From a virus, in the IMG/VR virus record IMGVR_UViG_3300037859_000002, positions 32,001 through 96,000 of that record: 64,000 nt of DNA; one strand, 5' to 3'. Both the position numbers and the translations under genes were made by a program. This document shows positions 50,698-60,689 of this stretch, piece after piece. Position 1 is the stretch's first letter. Every line of letters begins with the position of its first letter. The notes beneath the pieces are model-generated. The model had not been told where the DNA came from and did no database searches. It saw only the letters and a program-made list of their open reading frames with translations.

Positions 50698-53600
50698 ATG
50701 GACGTGGCCAGCCTCTCCTTCTCGATCGACAGCGGCCCGGCGGAACGGGCCATCACCTCGCTCGACCGGCTTCGCTCCTCGGCCGACAGCATGGGCCGCT
50801 CAAGCGCCCAGCTGAACCAGCAGTTCAGCCAGGGGGTGCGCTCGCTCACCGACTACCAGCGCGCGACCCTGCTGTTGGGCGAGACCGCGAGCAAGACGGC
50901 CAAGAGCCTGGACGACCTGGTGGGCAAGATGGATACCCTGACCAGGGGCAGCGTCTTCTCCGGCGGCTCGGGCATGATGGAGCTGCAGAAGCAGCTCGAG
51001 AGCATGAGCCGCCTGTATGGCCAGTCGGCCGCCTCGGCCGAGAACTTCGTGCGCGCGACCCGCGCGATCGGGCTCTCCGCGGGCGAAACCTCGACGGCGC
51101 TCCAACGCATCACCCTCGCACTCGAGAACGTCACGGCCGAGGGCCGCCAGGCGCGCTCGGTCCTAGAGCAGTATGGCGTGACCCTGAACGGGCTGGGCCT
51201 GCGTGACGCCGAGAGCGTGCTCCGCAATTTCACCAGCAGCGTTCGGGGTTCGCGCGACAGCCTGCAGCGCACCCGCGACATCCAGATGGTCTTCGGCCCC
51301 CTGTCGAGCGAGAGCGCAGACGCGCTCAGTCGCCAGCGGTTTCTCACCGAGGACCAAAGGCGCCGCGATCTCGAGAGCAACGACGCGAGCCGCCGGGCCG
51401 CCGCGGCCCGTGAGCTGGCTTCTGGGGGCGCCTCCTTGGCCGAGCGCAACCGCGCGAGCCTCGAGGCGCTGCGCTCCGACTTCGGCATGCAGGGCCCCGA
51501 CCTCGGCCGCATGTTCCGCTTCGGCCAGAGCGAGCGCGACGTGCTGCTCTCGCGGCGCAACCAGTACGAGGCCTTCCGGCGCGGCGAGGGCCCGGCCCCG
51601 GATGGGCTGCTCAACATCTACGCCAACCAGGCCACGGACCGGATGTTCGGTGGCATCCGGCGCTGGTACGACAATTTCGCCACCGGGGGCTTCGCCGCCC
51701 GCCAGGGTGTGGCCGGGGCCGCCAGCGACTTCTTCAGCGGTGACGTGGGACCCATCACGGGCGCCTATGCGTATGCGTCGATCACGGCGCGAAATCTGCT
51801 GAACATGGGGCCCAGCGACTATGAGGGCCGGCTGCAGCGCGCGATCGAGGAAAATCGCCTGCCCGAGAGTGCCCGCGACCGCCAGATGCGCCGGCTCAGC
51901 CAGGCCCAGTCCCTTCAGCTGATGGGCGACACCGGCATGGCCGGTCTGGTGGCGGCTGAGAGCGCCAACGAGGAACTGGTCCGCAACTACATCCCCACCG
52001 CGACGGGCGCGGGCATCGCCCTGCCCGACGCCCAGCGGCGCTTCAACCGGATCTACGGCAGCAACGCCTTCCGCGGCTCGGTCGCGGCCGATCCGTCCAT
52101 CGGTTTCGACTACCAGGCGCGCCTGCAGGGCGGCAACCTCGACAGCGTCGGGGCCTTCCAGCGCCGGCTGTTCGCCGCGCAGTACGCCCAGAGCCTGGGC
52201 ATCAGCCCATCGGACTTCGATCTCGGCGGCGAGAACCTGTTTACCCAGGGGGAATCCGACGTCTTTGGACGGCTCTTCGCGAGCCAGACCTCGGCGCCGA
52301 TCCTGCGCCAGTCCAACACCCAGCGTCGGCTCTCTGAGAATGTCGGGGGTGCCGTGCGCGGCGGCTTTAACCGCGGTGAGCGGGGCGCCGCGATCGAGGA
52401 CCTACAGACCTCGGAACTCGCCTACCAGCAGGTGCTCGAGCAGACGGGCGATCGCGTGCGCGCCCTGGCCGTGGCCGAGAACGAACTGGCCCAGGCGCGG
52501 GATCGGCGCCGCACCGCCGCGGTCGCCACGATCGCCCAGATGAAGGACGAGGCCGAGGCCGCCGAGACGCTGGCTCGCGCCCTGGGCGGCTTCCCCGGTT
52601 CGCAGGCGGACGTTGCGCGCGGCTACCGCGCCCAGCTGGGCATCGAGACCCGCCGGCGCTTCGAGGCCAACCCTCTCGAGGGGACAGAGGACGAGATTCG
52701 CCAGCGCCTGGCGCGTCGGGACACCGGGCAGTTTCTCATCCAGGGCCAGGGCCGGATCTCGGATCTGCGTGGCCAGGCCGAGATCAGTCGCGCCCTGCTC
52801 GCGGCCGTGCCGCGAGGGAGCCTCGCGGTCGAGGACGCCCAGCGCAACGCGAGCATCGACCGGGAAGAGGCCCAGGGCCTGGCCCGGGCTCGCGCCGCCG
52901 GCGACGTCGAGGCCGAGCAGGCCATCCGGTCGTACATCGCCTCGCTGCGCGAGCAGTCTCAAGCCACCGCCGAGGCCGGTCGCGCGGTCGCGACCCTGAC
53001 GTCCCAGATGCGCGTCCTCGCCTCGATCGAGACCTCCAACGAGCTCGCGGGCATGAACCAGGGCCAGCAGCAGCGCGAGCAGTTCGTGCTCAACCAGGCG
53101 CGCGGCCGCGCCGGATTGGAGAACGCCACGCCCTCCACGGTGCCGCCCGAAGTGCGCGCCGAGCTCGAGGCCCTCTACGAGGCCCAGAGGCGGCCCGGGA
53201 ACCGTGTCGCCATCGACAACGCGCGTCAGCGTGAGGCCCTGGCCCGCGCCGGGGTCGCCCCCACGGGCGCGGGCGCCGCAGCCGCCAGGGCGCGTGTGGC
53301 GCGCCAGTTCGCGATCGGCACCCAGGGCGAGGATCCGGCCGTTGCCGACGCCAACTACCGGGCCGCCCTGTCCGAAATCGGCTCGGGCGTCGCCGGCTCG
53401 GGCGTCCAGGGGATCTTCCAGACAGAGCAGGACACGCTGGCGCGCGCGCGGCGCACCAATGCGCTGCTCACGCGCGGGCGCGCGGGTGCCGCGATCGAGG
53501 GCATCGACGCCCAGGTGGCCCAGCGCATCGCCCTGGGCGGGGCCGCCGCGGGGCAGGGGCCGGCCCTGCGGGGCGCCCTGCTCGGGAACCTGGTCGAAAG

Positions 53601-54759
53601 CGAGCGCGGCGGCATGGCCGAGCGCACGGCCGGTCTGCGCGAGGAGCTGGAAAACCGCCGGGCGCTCACCGAGGCCGAGAAGCAGGGTGCCGCCGCGGTC
53701 GAGGACCTGGCGCGCGCCCAGCAGGTGGCCCGCGAGGCCGCGGTGCTGCGTGCCGCGGCCGAAGCCACGGGCAACGCCCAGATCCGACAGACCGTCGAGG
53801 CCCTGATCGCCGAATACACGCGCCTGGGCAACGAGAATGCCCGGGCCGGCCGCAGCCAGGGCGCCGTCCGCGAGGAGCGGGCCGAAAACAACGAACTCGA
53901 GGTGCTGCAGTTCCAGCGCGCCAACCAGTACCGATACTCGCGCTCCGGCCTGGCCGGCGAGGTCGGAGCCCTGCGCGCGAGGCAGCGTTCGGAAAACGCG
54001 GGCCGGACCCCGGAGGAGACCGCGGCATCGGAGGGTCGGGCCCGCCAGATCGAAACCGCCCGCGAAGAACTGCGCCTCACCCAGGAAATCCGCGACAGCT
54101 ACCTCCAGGTTGGCCAGGCCATCAGCCAGTCGGCCGAGATCGCGATCATCAGGGGGCGCAACGCGCGCGACATCTGGCAGGGCCTGGGCGAGACGATCCA
54201 GCAGATCATCCTGCGCTCGACCTTCACCAAGCCGCTCGAGCGCGGCATCGAGAGCATCACCGGCGCGGGCTTCGATTTCATCAGCCGGCAGTTCTCCGGC
54301 GGGTCCGGCAGCAGCGGGGGCGGCATCTTCCAGAGCATCGCCAGCGCCGCGCTCTCGCTCTTCGGGTCGGCCGAGGGCAACGCCTTCGCCTCGGGTCGGA
54401 TGATCCGCATCCACCCCTTCGAAAAGGGCGGCCTGCCGACCAACAGCGTGATTCGCGAACCCATGACCTTCGACATCGGTGCCGCCGGCGAAGGGGGAAA
54501 GCCCGAGGCGGTGATGCCCCTGGTGCGTATGCCCAGCGGCATGCTGGGTGTCCGCGCCGGCGGCGGCGGCGGTGGCATTGTCGTGGCGCCGACCATCAAC
54601 GTCACCGCGCCGGCCGGTCAGAGCGACGCGATGAACGAACGCCAGAGCCAGACCATGGGCCGAGAGATCGCGAAGTCGATGAAATCGCTGGTCCTGGACG
54701 TGATGCGCGAAGAGGGTCGGCCCGGGGGCATGCTCTACGATAACGGGGCGCGCCGCTGA
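50698..54759 (+). CDS. tape measure protein
   Basis: 1353 aa, Ala/Arg-rich helical; C-terminal AGEGGKPEAVMPL.R...G.LGV and RPGGML. Confidence 0.9.
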   Translation: MDVASLSFSIDSGPAERAITSLDRLRSSADSMGRSSAQLNQQFSQGVRSLTDYQRATLLLGETASKTAKSLDDLVGKMDTLTRGSVFSGGSGMMELQKQLESMSRLYGQSAASAENFVRATRAIGLSAGETSTALQRITLALENVTAEGRQARSVLEQYGVTLNGLGLRDAESVLRNFTSSVRGSRDSLQRTRDIQMVFGPLSSESADALSRQRFLTEDQRRRDLESNDASRRAAAARELASGGASLAERNRASLEALRSDFGMQGPDLGRMFRFGQSERDVLLSRRNQYEAFRRGEGPAPDGLLNIYANQATDRMFGGIRRWYDNFATGGFAARQGVAGAASDFFSGDVGPITGAYAYASITARNLLNMGPSDYEGRLQRAIEENRLPESARDRQMRRLSQAQSLQLMGDTGMAGLVAAESANEELVRNYIPTATGAGIALPDAQRRFNRIYGSNAFRGSVAADPSIGFDYQARLQGGNLDSVGAFQRRLFAAQYAQSLGISPSDFDLGGENLFTQGESDVFGRLFASQTSAPILRQSNTQRRLSENVGGAVRGGFNRGERGAAIEDLQTSELAYQQVLEQTGDRVRALAVAENELAQARDRRRTAAVATIAQMKDEAEAAETLARALGGFPGSQADVARGYRAQLGIETRRRFEANPLEGTEDEIRQRLARRDTGQFLIQGQGRISDLRGQAEISRALLAAVPRGSLAVEDAQRNASIDREEAQGLARARAAGDVEAEQAIRSYIASLREQSQATAEAGRAVATLTSQMRVLASIETSNELAGMNQGQQQREQFVLNQARGRAGLENATPSTVPPEVRAELEALYEAQRRPGNRVAIDNARQREALARAGVAPTGAGAAAARARVARQFAIGTQGEDPAVADANYRAALSEIGSGVAGSGVQGIFQTEQDTLARARRTNALLTRGRAGAAIEGIDAQVAQRIALGGAAAGQGPALRGALLGNLVESERGGMAERTAGLREELENRRALTEAEKQGAAAVEDLARAQQVAREAAVLRAAAEATGNAQIRQTVEALIAEYTRLGNENARAGRSQGAVREERAENNELEVLQFQRANQYRYSRSGLAGEVGALRARQRSENAGRTPEETAASEGRARQIETAREELRLTQEIRDSYLQVGQAISQSAEIAIIRGRNARDIWQGLGETIQQIILRSTFTKPLERGIESITGAGFDFISRQFSGGSGSSGGGIFQSIASAALSLFGSAEGNAFASGRMIRIHPFEKGGLPTNSVIREPMTFDIGAAGEGGKPEAVMPLVRMPSGMLGVRAGGGGGGIVVAPTINVTAPAGQSDAMNERQSQTMGREIAKSMKSLVLDVMREEGRPGGMLYDNGARR

Positions 54760-55469
54760 TGGCGCTCGCCGCCGGATGGCTCGACATCAACGTCGGGGCC
54801 GTGATCGAACTGTTCACGCTCGACGACAGTGAGATCGGTGGCTCCCTGCTGTTCCACTGGGCGCCGGGCCCGATCGATGGCCAGCCCGTGATCTTCGACG
54901 CCGTGACCTACAACCCGGTGCCGATCGAAACCGATGGCTTCGACTACAACGGGCGCGGCAAGCAGCCGATGCCGCGCCTGCGGATCAACAACCTGGGCGG
55001 CGTCGTCGTCAGCCTCCTCCCCGATATCGACGGTCTGCTGGGCGCCAAGATCACCCGCAAGGTCACGCTCGACCGCTATCTCGACGGCCGGCCCGGGGCA
55101 GACCCGACGGTCTTCGCGATCGATGTCTTCCGGATCGAACGCCTGGCCAAGCAGAACCGTACGATCGTCGAGTGGGAGCTCACGGCCGCCACGGACCAGG
55201 AGGGCCGACGTCTGCCCGGGCGCCAGATGCTGCGCGACACCTGCGGGCGACGCTACCGGCGCTGGAACGGCAGCGCCTTCGACTACACGAAGGTCAGCTG
55301 CCCCTACAACGGGGCCAGTTACTTCAACGCCAAGGGCGAGAGCACCGTCGATCCCGCGGCAGACAAGTGCGGCAAGTTGCTCGCCGACTGTGCGAAGCGA
55401 TTCCCGAACGAGCCGCTGCCGACCTGGGCCTTCCCGGGCATGGCGCGCGTGGACCTCAAGAGCCAATGA
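54759..55469 (+). CDS. minor tail protein L
   Basis: IELFTLD...YNPVPIE..GF...P.PRL...LPGRQML..TC...YR....C.YNG...DKCGK.L.DC.KRF...FPG. Confidence 0.9.
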   Translation: MALAAGWLDINVGAVIELFTLDDSEIGGSLLFHWAPGPIDGQPVIFDAVTYNPVPIETDGFDYNGRGKQPMPRLRINNLGGVVVSLLPDIDGLLGAKITRKVTLDRYLDGRPGADPTVFAIDVFRIERLAKQNRTIVEWELTAATDQEGRRLPGRQMLRDTCGRRYRRWNGSAFDYTKVSCPYNGASYFNAKGESTVDPAADKCGKLLADCAKRFPNEPLPTWAFPGMARVDLKSQ

Positions 55470-56173
55470 TCATTGACGCCGGGACGCTCGATGCCATCCG
55501 CGAGCACGCGATGTCGAGCTATCCAAACGAGGCCTGCGGCATCGTCACCAGCGTGGGCTTCGAGCCCAAGACCAACGTGGCGGCCGATCCGCTCAAGGCC
55601 TGGGCCATGGATCCGGCCGAGGTCGACTACGATAGCGTGCTGGGCGTCGTCCACAGCCATCCCGACGGGCCGGACTGGCCGAGCGCGCTCGACATGCGCG
55701 GCCAGATCGCCATGGACGTGCCCTACGGCCTGATCTGCTGCACCGCAGAGGCGACGACCCCGCTCTGGTGGTGGGGCGCCTCGATCGAGCGGCCCCCGCT
55801 GCTGGGTCGCCCCTTCCGGCACGGCCCCTCTGGCTCCGATGGGCGCGGTGACTGCTATGCCCTGATCCGTGACTACTATCTGGCCGAGCGGGGCGCCCAC
55901 CTGCCGGAGTTTCCGCGCGACCAGGACTGGTGGCTGGACGGTGGCAACCTCTATGTCGACGGCTTCGGGCAGGCGGGCTTCACCGAAGTGGGAGGCGATC
56001 CCGCGCCTGGCGACGTCCTGCTGTTCAAGATCCGCTCCGAGGTCTCCAACCACGGGGCCGTCTACCTGGGCAACGGCCTGATCCTCCACCACACGTTCCA
56101 GCGGCTCTCACGACGGGAGCCGCTGGGCAACTGGCGTTTCCTGGTCCAGAAGATCCTGAGGTACGGCGAATGA
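55466..56173 (+). CDS. tail assembly protein K (JAB plus NlpC/P60)
   Basis: YPNEACG, VHSHPDG...PS..D, DCYALIRDYY, NHGAVYLG. Confidence 0.9.
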   Translation: MIIDAGTLDAIREHAMSSYPNEACGIVTSVGFEPKTNVAADPLKAWAMDPAEVDYDSVLGVVHSHPDGPDWPSALDMRGQIAMDVPYGLICCTAEATTPLWWWGASIERPPLLGRPFRHGPSGSDGRGDCYALIRDYYLAERGAHLPEFPRDQDWWLDGGNLYVDGFGQAGFTEVGGDPAPGDVLLFKIRSEVSNHGAVYLGNGLILHHTFQRLSRREPLGNWRFLVQKILRYGE

Positions 56174-56880
56174 TGCGGACGGTCCATCTCTACGGTGCCG
56201 CGGGTCGTCGTTTCGGGCGCCAGCATCGCTTCGACGTCGAAAGCCCGGCCGAGGCCACGCGCGCCCTGATCGCCAACTTCCCCGAGATCCGGCTGCTGAT
56301 CGCCGACCTCAGCTGGCAGGTCATCCGAGGACCCCGTCGCCGCGGCGACGTGATCGACGAAACGCGCCTCGGCTGGCGCGGACAGGGCGACTACCACTTC
56401 GTGCCCATGCTGGCCGGCGCCGGTGGCCGTGGAGGCACGGGCAAGATAATCCTCGGCTCCGTGCTGCTCGCGGCCGCCCTGATTCTGGCCCCGCCCGTCG
56501 TGGGTGCCCTGGGTCCGACCCTGGGCATGGCTACGTCGATCGTCTCGGTCGCGGGCCTGACCCTGACCTATGGCGGCGTCGCGACCTTCGGGCTCGGCCT
56601 GATCCTCACCGGGGTCGTTCAGATGATGACGCCCCAGCCCAAGCGCCGTGAGACCCAGACGGCGGCGGCGAACCAGAGCTTCGGTTTCTCCGGGCCGGTC
56701 AACATCAACGAAGAGGGCACGCCCGTGCCCTTGGCCTATGGCAAGTGCCTGACCGGCTCGGTCGTGGGCGCCGCCTCGATCAAGTCCGAGGACTTCGTCT
56801 CCGGCCAGCACGTCACGACCCCGGCGTTCAAGTACGGGAAGGTGGGCCTGCTCTTCGGCACCGCCGTGGATCGCGAGTGA
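56170..56880 (+). CDS. tail assembly protein I
   Basis: VHLYG..GRRFGR...V.SPAEA.RAL; SFGFSGPVN...EG.PVP.AYG...GS. Confidence 0.9.
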   Translation: MMRTVHLYGAAGRRFGRQHRFDVESPAEATRALIANFPEIRLLIADLSWQVIRGPRRRGDVIDETRLGWRGQGDYHFVPMLAGAGGRGGTGKIILGSVLLAAALILAPPVVGALGPTLGMATSIVSVAGLTLTYGGVATFGLGLILTGVVQMMTPQPKRRETQTAAANQSFGFSGPVNINEEGTPVPLAYGKCLTGSVVGAASIKSEDFVSGQHVTTPAFKYGKVGLLFGTAVDRE

Positions 56881-59800
56881 CCAAGCCGTTCGTGCTTGCC
56901 GGCGCCGGCGGTGGTGGCAAGGGCGGCGGCGGCGGCTACGTCGCGCGCGAGGACCCCAACACGCTGCGCTCGAAGTCGACGGCAAAGATCATTGACGTCA
57001 TCAGCGAGGGCCCCATCAGGGGCTTCGTCAACGCCGAGCAGAGCATCTACTTCAACGGCGCGCAGCTGAAGGACAGCACCGCGCACTACAACTTCCGCGG
57101 CGTCAGCCTGGCGCTCATGCAGGGCCTGCCCGACCAGGATCCGTGCCCTGGCTTCGAGGCCGTCGAATCAGAGGTTTCGGTCGGTCAGAAGGTCGTGGTC
57201 GCGACCCCGGTCATTCGCAGCTTCACCAAGCCCGAGGCGACGGCCGTGCGGGTGACCGTCAGGATCCCGTCGCTCTACTACAGCACCGACAAGGGCGACC
57301 TGATCGGCAACGCCGTGAAGTTCGCGATCGAGGTGCGCCGCACCGGCTCGGGCACCTGGTTGCGCCCGGTCGAGGAGACGATCTCCGGCAAGTGTACGAG
57401 CGCCTATGACCGAAACTACCGGATCGAGCTTCCCATGCCTGGTCCCAACTGGGACCTGCGGGTCGTTCGCATCTCGGCCGACAGCGACACCACGCGCTCG
57501 CAGACCGACCTGGTCTTTGCCAGCTACACGCTGATCGTCGATCAGCTGGTTGCCTATGCGGACACCGCCTACGTGGCCCTGGCCGCCGACGCCGAGATCT
57601 TCGGCAATCAGATCCCCAGCCGCTGGTACGAGATCTACGGGCGCATCATCCAGGTGCCCAACAACTACTACCCAGAGAATTATGACCTGACGTGCCCGCT
57701 GCTGGGCACCGCCGACCTGAGCCCGATGGCCACCTCGGGTGGCGCGGGCGTCTGGGTCCGCTCGACCGAGACGCGCTTCATCGGCGCGGTCACCGATGCC
57801 AACGCGCCCTGGGGCCTGGCCCTGGGCATCGGCGCCCAGCCGGCCGCGGTCGGCACCGCCTGGACCATCGAACAGAAGACCGGGGCCGCCCCCGCGGCGG
57901 GCGAAAGCTGGACCGCGACCATGTGGGTCAAGCGCCAGGCCGACTGCGGGTTCTACGCCTACCTCTGGCTCGCCGCCGGGATCGGCAACTGCGTGGTCGC
58001 CAAATTCAACCTCAACACCGGGGTCGTCGATACACCGGTGACGAACGGCACGCCCAACCAGACGCTGGTGGCCTCCCAGGTGACCGCGCTGGGCAATGGC
58101 TGGTATCGCTGCAGCGCCCGTTGGCAGTTCTCGGCAACACATACGGATGTGAAGCTGGGGATCTACGGCAGCTTCGGCACCGCCGGGTCGGTCACCGGGG
58201 AGTTTCGCTACGGGGGCGTCGTCTTCGGCAAGACCTCCCTGCCGGTGCACAACTTCTTCTCGAGCCCGGCGGCCAACACCGTGGGCAAGGGCCTGCCCAG
58301 CGCGCGCTACTACGACGGCGTCTGGGACGGCGGCTTCAAGAGCGAGTGGACCGATAATCCGGCCTGGGTGCTGCACGACATCCTGACCAACACGCGCTTC
58401 GGCCTCGGTGACCGGATCGTGCCCAGCCAGGTCGACAAATGGGTGCTCTACGAGGCGGCCAAGCGCAACGACCAGCTGGTGCCAGACGGCTTCGGCGGCT
58501 GGGAGCCGCGCTACACCTTCAACGGCTGGATCACCGACGACGATGACGCCTATCGGGTGGTCGTCGCCATCGCGGCGGCGATGCACGCCATGGTCTTCTG
58601 GACCCGCGGCACGATCAGCCTTTCCCAGGACGCGCCGCGCGATCCGGTGATGCTGGTCACCAACGCCAACGTGGTGGAGGGCGACTTCCAGTATGAGAGC
58701 AGCGCGCTCAAGGCGCGCCACTCGGCCATCTACACGCAGTGGAACGACCCGACGCTGAACTACCGGGTCGGCACCGACGTCTACGAGGAAGACGGCCTGA
58801 TCCAGAAATTCGGTCTGCGCAAGGCCGACATCCGGCCCCTGGGGGTGACCCAACGGGGCCTGGCCCGGCGGCACGGTCGCTACATCGCCTTCACCGAAGC
58901 CAATGAGAGCAAGGTCATCGCCTACAGGGCCGGGCTCGACCACATTGCGATCATGCCCGGCGACGTGGTCTCGGTGCTCGACCGCGACCTGGTGGGCGTG
59001 CGCAACGGCGGTCGCCTCGTGGCCGCGACCACGGGCAGCGTGACCCTCGACGCGCCCACCGAACTCGAGGTCGGTCGCAACTACACCATCAGGGTCGTGA
59101 TGCCCGACGGTACGCTCCAGGAGCGGCCGGTGGTGAACCCGCCGAACATCTACACGGTACTGAGCGTCTCCCCCACCTTTTCGGTGGCACCGGCGCCCAA
59201 CGCGATCTGGCAACTGGTCGGCACCGACCTGAAGCCCAAGTCATTCCGGGTGATCTCGAAGGTCCAGGTCGAGCCCCACCTGTTCGAGATCTCGGCCATC
59301 AACTACGTGCCCGAGAAGTGGGACACCATCGAGAACGATGTGGCCTTCGCGCCCGACAGTTGGACCGGGCTGCCGACCGGCTCGCTCAAGCCGCCCACGA
59401 ATGTCAGCTACCTCGACTACATCGGCAGCCGCGGCCTGGCCCCGCTTGCGGGCGTGGCGATCAGCTGGTCGCCCTCGCCGGATCCGCGCACCGCGCTCTA
59501 CGAAGTCGAGATCAGCCGGCCCGAGAACGGTGACATCTACGAGACGCTCGAGAAGACCGCCGGGGTCACATCCGTGGTCGAGAACATCACGGACGTGATC
59601 GGCCCATGGCGCGCCCGGGTGCGGGCCTCCGACGTGCTGGGTCGAAAGAGCAGCTGGGCCGAGCTGGTTTTCGTGCCAGCGGGCTTCAACTTCCTGCCCG
59701 ACGACGTGCTGAACTTCCGGGCGGCGCTCAACCGTGGCCGCATCGATCTCTCGTGGGACCCGATCGCGCAGCACGCGGCCGTGCGCTATGACATTCGCTA

Positions 59801-60683
59801 CTCGCCCGTGTTCATCGGCGCCACCTGGACCGGCAGTGCCGTGCTGGCCGAGCAGATCGACGGCACCTTCCTGAACGTGCCGGCCGTCGCCGGCACCTTC
59901 CTGATCAAGGCAATTTCGTCGGTCGGTCGCGCCAGCGCCGTCGCCGGAACCGCGGTATTCTCGGGCGACATCAACGTGCTGAACACCGTGCAGGTGTTCA
60001 CCGAGGAGCCGGCCTTCGCTGGCACCAAGACGGGCCTGACGGTCTCGGCCAGCCAGTTGCGCCGGACCAGCCTGGCCACGGGTGTCAGCAGCAGCGGCAC
60101 CTACGACTTCGGTCTGCTCGACCTGGGCGCAAAGTTCCGCTCCCGCATCACCTACAAGACCCAGACGTCCGGCACGCTTCCCGGCTCGGTGATGGCAAAC
60201 TGGCAGCCCCTGGCGGTGGCCGAGCCACTGGCGGGCAACGTCAGTGACCAGTGGGATGGCGTGCTGCTGGTGCGCACCACCGACGACAATCCATCGGGAT
60301 CGCCCACCTGGTCGGCCTACCGGCCTGTCGGCATCGAGGAAATCGAGTGCCGGGCCATGAGCTTCCGTTGGGTTCTGACGGATCTCGATGGCTACACCAA
60401 CGTCGCGACCTCGAATCTCGAGGTCACCGTCGACATGGATGACCGGGTGATCGGCGCCAGGAACGTCAGCATCGGCGTCAGCGGCGAGACCCTGGTGTTC
60501 GATCCGGCGTTCAAGGCGGTGCCCGCGATCGTCGTCACCCCATACGGCCTCGGCAGCACCGATCGCTATGTCGTCGACAACCAGACGGCCAGCAGCTTCC
60601 GCGTCCGGCTCTTCGACAACGGCGGCACCGGCATCGCCGGCACCATCGACTGGGTCGCCAAGGGCTACGGCATCGAGATCTGA
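56877..60683 (+). CDS. tail tip / host-specificity protein J
   Basis: D.NTLRS...IDVISEGPI.G...WDGGFK..WTDNPAW.L.D...RFG...EPRYTFN. Confidence 0.9.
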   Translation: MTKPFVLAGAGGGGKGGGGGYVAREDPNTLRSKSTAKIIDVISEGPIRGFVNAEQSIYFNGAQLKDSTAHYNFRGVSLALMQGLPDQDPCPGFEAVESEVSVGQKVVVATPVIRSFTKPEATAVRVTVRIPSLYYSTDKGDLIGNAVKFAIEVRRTGSGTWLRPVEETISGKCTSAYDRNYRIELPMPGPNWDLRVVRISADSDTTRSQTDLVFASYTLIVDQLVAYADTAYVALAADAEIFGNQIPSRWYEIYGRIIQVPNNYYPENYDLTCPLLGTADLSPMATSGGAGVWVRSTETRFIGAVTDANAPWGLALGIGAQPAAVGTAWTIEQKTGAAPAAGESWTATMWVKRQADCGFYAYLWLAAGIGNCVVAKFNLNTGVVDTPVTNGTPNQTLVASQVTALGNGWYRCSARWQFSATHTDVKLGIYGSFGTAGSVTGEFRYGGVVFGKTSLPVHNFFSSPAANTVGKGLPSARYYDGVWDGGFKSEWTDNPAWVLHDILTNTRFGLGDRIVPSQVDKWVLYEAAKRNDQLVPDGFGGWEPRYTFNGWITDDDDAYRVVVAIAAAMHAMVFWTRGTISLSQDAPRDPVMLVTNANVVEGDFQYESSALKARHSAIYTQWNDPTLNYRVGTDVYEEDGLIQKFGLRKADIRPLGVTQRGLARRHGRYIAFTEANESKVIAYRAGLDHIAIMPGDVVSVLDRDLVGVRNGGRLVAATTGSVTLDAPTELEVGRNYTIRVVMPDGTLQERPVVNPPNIYTVLSVSPTFSVAPAPNAIWQLVGTDLKPKSFRVISKVQVEPHLFEISAINYVPEKWDTIENDVAFAPDSWTGLPTGSLKPPTNVSYLDYIGSRGLAPLAGVAISWSPSPDPRTALYEVEISRPENGDIYETLEKTAGVTSVVENITDVIGPWRARVRASDVLGRKSSWAELVFVPAGFNFLPDDVLNFRAALNRGRIDLSWDPIAQHAAVRYDIRYSPVFIGATWTGSAVLAEQIDGTFLNVPAVAGTFLIKAISSVGRASAVAGTAVFSGDINVLNTVQVFTEEPAFAGTKTGLTVSASQLRRTSLATGVSSSGTYDFGLLDLGAKFRSRITYKTQTSGTLPGSVMANWQPLAVAEPLAGNVSDQWDGVLLVRTTDDNPSGSPTWSAYRPVGIEEIECRAMSFRWVLTDLDGYTNVATSNLEVTVDMDDRVIGARNVSIGVSGETLVFDPAFKAVPAIVVTPYGLGSTDRYVVDNQTASSFRVRLFDNGGTGIAGTIDWVAKGYGIEI

Positions 60684-60689
60684 GGTTCC